64,000 bases of DNA from the human T2T-CHM13v2.0 reference genome, Homo sapiens, in assembly GCF_009914755.1 (NCBI RefSeq), contig NC_060928.1; one strand, given 5' to 3'. The notes under the pieces are model-generated. The model was not told where the DNA came from. It worked only from the letters and a program-made list of their open reading frames with translations, and made no database searches. Shown here piece after piece: positions 53,345-64,000 of this stretch. The position numbers were made by a program, and so were the translations under genes. Every line of letters starts with the position of its first letter. Positions within the stretch are counted from its first letter, which is position 1.

Positions 53345-56300
53345 CTATGTTTTATAATTTTTATCATAAAATATAATATGGTAAATGTCAAATTTAATGA
53401 GATTTAAAGTGAGAAAATAACATATAGTGAACAACCACGTAAACTGCATCACAGAAGGGTCATTTTAAATATTACCACTACATACATTTATAACCCCATC
53501 AAACAATGATATAATTTGCTTTTAAAAGCAAAGATAATTTTAAAACTCAAGATAAAAATAGTTTATTCCATTCACAAAGGTGTTTGCTCTTTTCCTCTTT
53601 TTTCTTTCTTTTTTTCTCTGTTCCCTTTTGTTATTTCCTTTATCATACTAAAGTATTTTCTTTAGTAATACTATCAGAGCAGTTCTGGTGGCAACAAATT
53701 TACTTCGCTTTCCTTCACCTGAGATTACTATTATTTCAATTTTATTTTTACCGGACACAGAATTCTGTATTGAGAGTTCTTTAATTTTAGCACTTCTTTT
53801 GTCCCTGTCATCTACTATTCAACCCAGTGTGTATTTTTTAAAAGAAAAATTGGTTCTTCTAATATGTTTTCTTTATTTGCTAAGGCTTTATAATTTTAAA
53901 GTTATTTAAGAGTGTCCATGATTGATTATTGCAGCATTGTTGCAAATAGTGATTTAAAAATATTTTCAGATAATTGTAACAATTATGTCATTTAGGCATT
54001 TGCCATCAATTGATTATTTTCTCATTCAAGTTGAAATTTTCCTGATTCCTGGTATGTCAAAAAATTTTGGATTATATCCTAAACATTTTGAGTATTATAA
54101 GACTGTTTCCTATTTAATGGATGATCTTCCATCATTGAAACACACTTTTATGTAGAGAGCACACATTGGCCCAGTTTTGTGGGCTGTGGCTTAAATACTC
54201 ATTTAATTTTGAAAATCTTTGTTGGGCTATTCTAACCGATTGGGTTTGTGCACTACCAAAAGATCATTCTGAAACTTTGGAGGTATTTTACACCGAAGTT
54301 ATATTCTCAAGGCATTTACCATTTGATTCTGATTGGTTTCACAAATAGGCAACTTGAGATGGGCTGAGGAATTTATACACAATTTTAAATGATTGTTTTA
54401 TCTAACTCTTTTCCCTTTGTGATTGTACCTTTGCACTCTAGTTGGAATAAGAATGGTGTCACTTCTGCTTGAGTTTTCATACTGTACATTATAGACAGTG
54501 GATAGGGCTCCACTCTGCTCTGTCAGCGGCAGCCATTCTGGCTTGAAGAAAGAGGATAACCACATCTTTGCTTGTTTTTACCTAATACAAGGAAAGTCCA
54601 TCCACAGGGCACAATTTATAAGTTTCTTTGTTAGCAGCTCCCAGTGAGAATGGATAAGAACACTATTTTTTGCTACTGTTTGCTACTAAGTGTTAACTGA
54701 GGCTAGTCTACAGGGCTCTGTCTCACTGTCCCCTTAGCATCAGTAGCTCCTGGAGAGGTGGAAAGACACCACCTTTTTGTTATGTACTTCTGGTAGCAAA
54801 TAGGGTTAGTCATTGGAAAACTGGACCGTAATAGCCTGCCAACAAAAGACAGTGGTAAAGAAGGCCACTGCCTATATGCTGATTGTAGGCAATCACCCGT
54901 ACCCTGCCCCCACAATCTCATTGGTGACAAATCTCAGTGAAGAGGACAAGGAATTGTTAAAAGGAGAAGGTAATTGTTGCCTGTTTGCAGCAACTACCAA
55001 AGTAAGGAGGGAGGGATAGTCCTCTGTTAGTGGCCATAGCAGGTGGAATATAATCAAAAGTGTCCAGGAAGCAAGATTGCAGGATAAAAGATCAGTATAC
55101 AAAAATCAATCGCATCTCTATATATAATACAATAAATCCAAAAATAAAAATAAGAATACAGTTACATTCACAACAGCATCAAAAAAGAATAAAATAGGAT
55201 AATTTAACAAAAGAATTTCAAGTTGTGTAGACTAAAAGTAACAACATTTTGCTGAAGAAAATTAAAGAATATTTAAATATTTAAGAGATATCTCATGTAC
55301 ATGAATTAACAAATTCTTTCCAAATAAGTCTTTCCAAATTAATCTAGAGCATCAACACAATTCCTCTCAAAATCCCAACAGGCTATTTTGTGGAGTTTGA
55401 TATCCTATTTCTAAAATTTATGGGAAAATGCACAATACTATAATAAAAAGAATAATTTGGAAAAAATACAAACAGCTTTGGAGAATAGTCACTTCTAAAT
55501 TTAAATAATTATTACAAAAACTATAGCTTTGAGAGTATGGTGTTAACTAAGGAAAAACATAAAGATATGTAAAAATAAATAAGAATATTGACATAAATTC
55601 TTACATTTCTTGTCAATTCATTATCATGAAGGCACTAAAGCAATTAATTGTCAAAGTATGGTCTGCGATTTGTGCAGTAAATGTTGCTGTAACAATTGCC
55701 TAACCACATAAAGTGAACTGAGACCCTTAATACCTTATACAGAGAAATTAACTCAAAACCTAACATAATTAAATGCAAAAGTTAAAAAAAAAATTTAGAA
55801 AAGAAAATAGAAGAAAATTATTGAGACCTTGTATTAGGCAAAGACCTTTTGTAGATATAATACCAAATCACAGTTCATTAAAAATAGGTAAATACACACC
55901 TCAACCAAATTCAAAACATTTTTACTTCAAAAGACACCAAATATTATAATACAGGCAACAAACAGTGAAAAAAATATTTACACAACAAATATTTGATAAA
56001 GGGCTTGTGTATAAAATTTATAAGAACACTTACAACTCAATACTAAGAAGTGATACAACACAATTTAAAAAATGAGAAAAAAATACGATGAGATATTTAA
56101 TAAGCAGAGAAGACAAATGAATGGCTACCACACACATGAGAAAATGCTCAATATCATTAGTCATTAGGGAAATAAAAATTGAATGACAATGAGATACCGT
56201 TTCGCCCCCACTAAAATGCCTGTAATTAATAAGACAGATAAATAAATGTTGACAAGAATCTGGATAAACATTTGAAGCCCTCGTACATTGCTGGAAGGAA

Positions 56301-57245
56301 TGTAAAATGGTGCAAAATCATTAACAAACTGGCAATTTCTTTAAAAGTTAAACATAAAGTTACTCTATGCCCCAGCAATTCCACTCCTGGGAATCCTGGC
56401 AGATTCCCAGGAAACATGCCTACACAAAGTCTTGTATGCAGATAGTCATAGTAACGTTATACATAATGGCCAAAAACTGGAATCAATATACATATCTTTC
56501 CATCTGCTGGTGAATATATACATAACATGCTTTACCTTTAAATAACGGAATACTATTTAACAATAAGATGAAGTAAACTACTGATGCACTATTATACGGA
56601 TAACCTCATAACGTTGTGCTAAGAGAAAGTGGTCTGACATAACAGACCACATTATATATGATTCCACTTATATGGAATGGCCAGAAAAGGTAAATTTATG
56701 GAGACAGAAAATATAGCAGTGGAGCTTTGGGATAGGAGTTAGGAACAGGAAATATAAATGAGCATCAGGATCTTACTGTGGTGATGAAGATTCTCTGAAA
56801 CTGATTTATATTTATGATGGTAGAAATTGATAAATTTGATAGAAATAGTTAATATGTAGACTTGAAATGAGAGTAGGTCATAATGTATAAATTTTAGCTC
56901 AAAAAAGCTGTTAAATAGAAGGATATATATTCTGTCCCTCAAGTCCTCTCTCCTGGTCCTATGATTACAAACAATGGGCTTTTCTAGATGATTTTCTTTC
57001 TTTTTATATCTATATTGGTTGGTATTTCTGAGTTGCTTACTGCACTTGCACCCAAGATGGGATAAATAGAATGCAAATATCTCAGGCTTCTCAGAATTGT
57101 GTCTTCTCTATGGTGTCGAGGTTTCTAAATATTATGCCTTCCCTTCTATACCTTTCAGAATCTTGTGATAGCTGTTTTTCTATTATGACTAGGGTTTTGG
57201 GTTGTAATTTGCTGGAGAGGTAGGGTCCGATGTACTTTACCTTTA
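53345..57245 (-). mobile_element. Old L1MC/L1MD-type 5' portion (5' end near 57245), interrupted by L1MB
   Basis: 56990-57245 resembles an antisense L1MC 5' end (cctttcagaatcttg...ctagggttttgggttgtaattt); 53660-54110 resembles antisense ORF1 relics (tggcaacaaatttac, tctcattcaagttgaaattttcctg). Confidence 0.55.
55040..56915 (+). mobile_element. L1MB7/8-type 3' fragment (ORF2 end plus 3' UTR)
   Basis: gcaagattgcaggataaaagatcagtatacaaaaatcaat; tcattagtcattagggaaat; gattccacttatatggaatggccagaaaaggtaaattt; ctcaaaaaagctgttaaa end. Confidence 0.85.
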
Positions 57246-58099
57246 CTCCCTACTTTCATTTTATGTGTTCAATATTTTAATTAATAATTAATGAATTATA
57301 AATATGGGTTATTATATAAACATTTTTAACTTCTATTTACTTTTAAGTGCTTTAGTTTTTTTTTTCCTAATTTTTGGTTAATAATAGTTCTTTCTTCTTA
57401 AATTGATACATTTTATTTTATTGTAAATATGATTGCAGTTGTCTTAGACTGTTTTTATAATTTTATGTTAATTTGCTCTAAGTGATTGCCTAAACATTTT
57501 AAAAGCGTATATATTCTCCTAAGGAAAAATCCACTTATTCTGCTCTTTTATTCTGATTTACTGCCTTCAGCTAGCTAAAATACTGCTTCTGCTATTATTT
57601 GTTATGTGAACAATCCCTATTTGCATATTCCCAATAACGACTTGCAAATATTTTTACTCCAAATTTAATACTCAACTGACAACCTATTATAATTAATTTG
57701 CCTGTGGGCACTAGCAAAACATTCACATTGCACGCAATTAGGTGAGAGATTGTAGAGTCTTGTCATAGCTATTATCTCAAAAACACTTATTTCTGGATCA
57801 ATTTGTTTATATGCTTTGGGCATCATTACTACTATTTTCAACACCTTATTAACTGACAATTTCTTCTAAGGTAGTAGAAAAGTCTTTGAAGAATGTAGGT
57901 GATTCTAATAGACCCATAATGATTCCATACAGAAGAAAAAAAATTGTAGCGATATGGGTTATTAAAGCGAGTGCCCAATTATTGGGTGAGATGTTTAAGA
58001 AAATACCACAATTCACAGCAAATGGACTATGCAAGGACCTTGTCTAGGAATTTTATGTTATTTCTAACAAATACAGGAAGTGATCGAAACAACATTAAA

Positions 58100-58196
58100 A
58101 TTATGGGACTGAGAGACAAGAAGGCAGGAGAAGGTCAGAGAAAAATTCCTGCCCCTAAGGCCTTCATTTTGGGGTATTAATTCTTGAGCCCCAGTA
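58100..58196 (-). mobile_element. MER67/MER31-like ERV1 LTR 5' fragment
   Basis: gggactgagagacaagaaggcaggagaaggtcagag...ggccttcattttggggtatt...tgagcccca is the antisense of tgttggggctcagaa...ataccccaaaatgaaggcc. Confidence 0.7.
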
Positions 58197-59084
58197 TAGG
58201 CCAGGCCAACTAATACACTAGGCAAAATTATGTTTTAATATGTAGTCCAATCTTAAAATCAGGTATTCTGGGTAAACAATCTCCTTTGTTCATTTAACTG
58301 CACTTGTTGCATTTTTCCTTCCATTTTGTTTAGACCAGTAGGAAATATTCACTAAGTAGACTACCTGTAACACTCATTTGCATTATATTGCTTTAGTGAA
58401 AAAGTGTTTTAATGTTATTTGAGCAAATATCCTCTTTCATTGAATAAACATTCAGAATATTTTCATTAGACATAATTTTGAAGCAGTGATATCAATAGCT
58501 AAGGATAGAATGTAATGTAACACGCGTTCAACAGATCGCCAAGATTGTCTATTAGAAAAGTTTTAATCAGCTTAAATGAATATATTATCTTCCTTGGATA
58601 ATATAACTGTTATTTACAATTACTGAATAACACAATTTTGCATACATTCACCAAAGATCATATGATAGAAGTTCATATTATTTAAATACTCATTTATTAA
58701 GAAGGGTTTGTTATTAAGAATTTCAAAATTGTGAATAAAGGAGATCTTAAATCACATAGGAACATATCCTTGAGTCTTATTTTCTTGGAAAATGTATTTA
58801 ATGTAGAAAATAGCCCGTACTGTTTTTAACATTTTAAAATCACATCAAGTTATAACTGTCTATGCCTCAGCCATAATTACAAATTATATGGTTAAAATAT
58901 TGAACATATAAAAATATAAATATAAAAATGTAACAAAATTTAACAGTATGCTTTGTTTCCACATTGGAAGAGAAAATAAAATCATGACAAAAGCATGCAG
59001 GCCACATAGGCAGTTCTTCTAAAAAAAGCCAGTATTGAATTTTTATGGTCTTAAAATTTTAGCATTGAGCTTTATAAACTTTTA

Positions 59085-59230
59085 AAAGAATCTTAAAGTT
59101 TAAAAGGACATTAGATAGCATCTCATATGACTATCATATTTTCTAGATTAAGAGACTGATAAGAGAAACAGTATTTGCCTCAAGCCAAAATGCAAAACAA
59201 GTGGACCTGCAACCTAAGTCTGCTGACTCA
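59085..59230 (-). mobile_element. MIR SINE fragment
   Basis: tcatattttctagattaagagactga...tatttgcctcaagcc...aacctaagtctgctgactc. Confidence 0.5.
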
Positions 59231-60692
59231 TATTTTGGCATTTTGTTGATAATATAATATATTCCTTTTTTCCACATGCTTGTCTTCCTTTTTAACAAAC
59301 CTCTTCAGAGTAACAGCCATTTGGCAAATTCTAATGGTACTTAGACCAAATAGGGTCCTCTGGTTTCTATTGTACTTATTTGAATGATCTAAAGCAAAAA
59401 GACAATCCATACATTCCAATTATTTTGCAAATAAGAAAATGGTTATTAGCACTAAAAATATGGTATATTTAATAAACATTGTCCTATTGAAGAATATACT
59501 GAAGAGTAAATACATGAATGTATTTACAAATTACTGAATAGTAAATCTCCAAAATGGAAACACTATAATAGCAGCATCCATTGAAGTATTTTCCATCTTT
59601 AGAAATTTAACACTGACATGGTTACTGATACTCATACATGCAATTATATGATTTTTACTGCAAAATTACTATATTATATACATAGAGTGTTATATTTTGA
59701 AATGTATACACAGAATAACAGCGTAGGCATTTTGTCATGGCATCAATACATTTAAAGACTGCACCTTAAGTATATTCATACTTTCCCAAAGTTCAGATCT
59801 AAAATATGTTAACAATTTATGGTTAAATATGTGATGCTTTTTCACCATTTTTTTATATTACAAAGTTTTAGCTTAGCATTTAATAAATATAAACATTCAG
59901 AAAACTATTATATACTTCTAGGGTACTGGGAAATAACAGGTCTATTTGCATTATGCTCACTTCTCCAATTACTTCACCTGGTGGGGATGTATATATTTTC
60001 TTTGCTTGGTAATATTGCCAAACTCCTTTCCAGGAAGGCAATATCAATATAGTCCTCTACTATAAGTACAAATGAGTATTAGGCTCAACACAAACTTACC
60101 AGCTTGGGGACTGTTTACAAAAACAAGCAAAATAAAACAGAAACAGATTTTGGTTTCAAGTTGATATTAGTTTTAATTATTTTCAATGTTCTTCTAGTTC
60201 TTCTTTAGTCATATTTCACTTTATCATATGAACATTTTTATGAAAAAATGTTTATTTTTGTTATTTATTTACACTTTACTTATGTATAGAATCTATGTCT
60301 TCTCACATACTGTTGAAGGTGTCACAGAATTATTCCCTAGAATGTTCTTATGGTTCCTATGATGTGAAATTTTTCTCCATACGTCTTGCATCGGAATCTT
60401 CAGAATTAGGAGCCATTTACTGTCATTTTTTTTCTGATAGAGCAAACAGCTATTTCTTTTTTATTGTATTGGAATCAATAAGATCAATCAATTCCCCAAT
60501 TCAAAAGGATATGGATTTGATCTCATTTACTAGCTGATTTCATTTTAGACGTTGTAGTTCTTGCCTCTGCTGATGGAGGATGGACTTGTAAAATTCACAG
60601 GTTAATTGCTAGAAATATTGCTTGTTGTTCTCCTATTATCACTGTGTTTCCAGAAAAGTTATCAAATTTACTATCTTGAAAACCTGCAATAA

Positions 60693-61094
<402 letters not shown>

Positions 61095-62309
61095 TAATTA
61101 TTACCTTTAAGCCAAGTAACAACCTTATTTTCTCTCGAGATATGAGAGAAAACTGGAGTACAATTTAGCTTTTTTTACTATAAATATTTATTTCAAATTA
61201 TTTTTTAAAGTTTGAGGTAGGAAAATAAACAAATTTTACGTGTATAGATGCATTATTGAATATGCAATATAATTTACATATTAAAATATTATTTTGCATA
61301 TTATATTATAAGAAATAAGAATATATTAAAACTGTGTTTAGTGGCCAGCGTTTTGTATGAGCTTCTTACTTAGAAATCATCCATGTATGTAAAAATTATT
61401 TCATAATTAAGTAAATCTTTTGTCTAAGTTCTTAAAGTTCCTTAAAAATGTGGAAATGATAGTTTTAGCAAACATGTTATACTTCTATTATTTGTAGCAT
61501 TGTAAGAATTAAGCCCTGTTCTTGTGCAAATCAAAATATTATGATGACATTATTTTTATATGGTAAGCTACATTTTAAAGAACCTAATTTATGTCATAAA
61601 TTAAAAAGAACATCATGCTCCTTTTTAAAAAAAAAAATCTTGTTACCAAGGCTTTTCCTCTTTACCTTGTAACTATAGAAACAAAGGCTATTATGTAAAT
61701 ACTATTTTCACTACCCACAAAAGAAACACAAACCTTTGAATATATTTTATTTCTTTTATTTTGACATTATGAATGATTATCTTGATATCTTGATAATCTT
61801 CATTATCTTGATAATCTTGATACCTAGAGTGCTCACGTAATGACAGAAGTCATTTTTTTTCTAGTTAATTCATCTTCAAGGTTTACTAATAGAAGGAGAA
61901 TACAAAATAGAGATGCGAAAAAAGAAACATAAGTGAGATATGGTAAGCTTCAAACAAATACGAATATTACTGTAAGAGACAAATTATATTTCCTCTGCAA
62001 GTTGAAGGTAGAAACTTTAGATTAAAAAATAATCTGGATATATACATTAATGGATGAGAGGCATTACAGTTGTTTTAAATAGTAATTCAATTTTTTGACA
62101 ATTTCATCAAACCATCACTTAATTCCTGAAGTATGGAATCAAAGAGCAGGAGTGTCTCTTATGTTAAACCAATGAACTCTTTCATTTGAACAGAAAAGAC
62201 ATTCTTCTCTGGAGGATGTCTTATCTTTTAGTCAGAGGACATCTCTCAAAGTTGTTTTTTATATCAAAATGTTCTCAAAATGCCACTACATATCTAAACT
62301 CTCAGTGTT

Positions 62310-62992
<683 letters not shown>

Positions 62993-64000
62993 GTAAATTG
63001 ATATTGGGAGTAGGGCACTGCTATGAAGATACCAGAAAATGTGGAAGTGACTTTGGAACTGGGTAATGGGCAGAGTTTGGAACAGTTTGGAGCACTCAGA
63101 AGACAGAAAGATGTGGGAAAGTTTGGAACTTTCTAGAGACTTGGTGAATGGTTTTGACCAAAATGCTGATAGTGATATGGGCAATGAAATCCAGGCTGAG
63201 GTGGTCTCAGATGGACATGACAAACTTATTGGAAACTAGAGCAAAGGTCACTCTTGCTATGCTTTACCAAAGAGACTGGTGGCATTTTGCCCCTGCTCTA
63301 GAGATCTGTGGAACTTCAAACTTGAGAGACATTATCTGAAATTGGAACTTATGTTTAAAAGGGAAGCAGAGCATAAAAGTTTGGAAAATTTACAGCCTGA
63401 TGATGGGATAGAAAAGAAAAACACATTTTCTGGGGAGATAGTGAAGCCTGTTGCAGAAATTTGCATAAGTAATGAGGAGCCAAATGCTCGTCATCAAGAC
63501 AATGGAGAAAATGTCTCCAGGACATTTCAGAGGTCTTCACAGCAGCCCCTCCCATCACAGGCCCAAGAGGAAAACAAGGTTTCAGGTGCTGAGCCCAGGG
63601 CCTTGCTGCTTTGTGCAGTCTTGAGACTTGGTGCCCTGAATCCTAGCTATGATTAAAAGGGGCCAACATACCACTCAGGCCATTGCTTGAGAGGGTGCAA
63701 GCCCCAAGCTTTGTTGGCTTCCAGGTGGTGTTGGGCTTGCAGGGGCACAGAAGTCAAGAATTGAGGTTTGGGAACCTTTGCCTAGATTTCAGAGGATGTA
63801 TGGAAATGCCTGGATGCCCAGGCAGAAGTTTGTCACAGGGGTGGAGCACTCATGGAGAACCTCTGCTAGGACAGTGGATTTGGGAAATGTGGGGTTGGAG
63901 ATCCAACACAGAGTCCCCACTGGGGCACTTCCCAATGGAGCTGTGAAAAGAAGGCCACCATCCTCCAGACCACAGAATGCTAGATCCACCAATAGCTTTC
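62993..64000 (+). mobile_element. THE1C/D internal region, continuing past the window end
   Basis: gtaaattg...gaaaatgtggaagtgactttggaactgggtaatgggcagag...; ORF 63279-63656 (AFCPCSRDLWNFKLER...EKKNTFSGE) is the typical MaLR internal ORF relic. Confidence 0.93.

Noticed and set aside
61777-61825. Repeated tatcttgataatctt units (and 29071-29158) as a CRISPR-like array
   Set aside because: Short degenerate tandem repeats without unique constant-length spacers, in eukaryotic DNA with no cas genes
63148-63992. Cluster of ORFs at the window end as a gene
   Set aside because: All lie within the THE1 internal region; disrupted MaLR ORF relic

Overview
AT-rich, CpG-poor primate genomic DNA. AluY and L1PA2-4 copies point to a hominoid, most likely human. 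I find no recognisable protein-coding gene, RNA gene, CpG island or CRISPR array; it reads as gene desert or the interior of a very long intron. Much of the window is transposon relics: 12 near-full-length Alus, a near-full-length ancient L1MC (10.8-18.1 kb) that splits an L2 and carries two nested younger L1 fragments, a young L1PA 3' fragment with a perfect 16-bp target-site duplication (TSD), Tigger1, MER8, MER1B, MER20, MADE1, THE1A/THE1C-D/MSTB/MLT1 LTR elements and an internally deleted ERVL. The ORFs I could assign are Alu, L1, Tigger1 or THE1 translations; the rest look like chance AT-rich ORFs. I see no convincing new biological system. The most unusual signal is a chain of back-to-back perfect inverted repeats at 51398-51571, plus several fold-back hairpins inside old L1 relics that suggest template-switch mutagenesis. 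There are also a few candidate enhancer motif clusters and one weak candidate 66-nt exon. Subfamily calls come from my recall of consensus sequences, not from an alignment. Boundaries of old elements are approximate (tens of bp).
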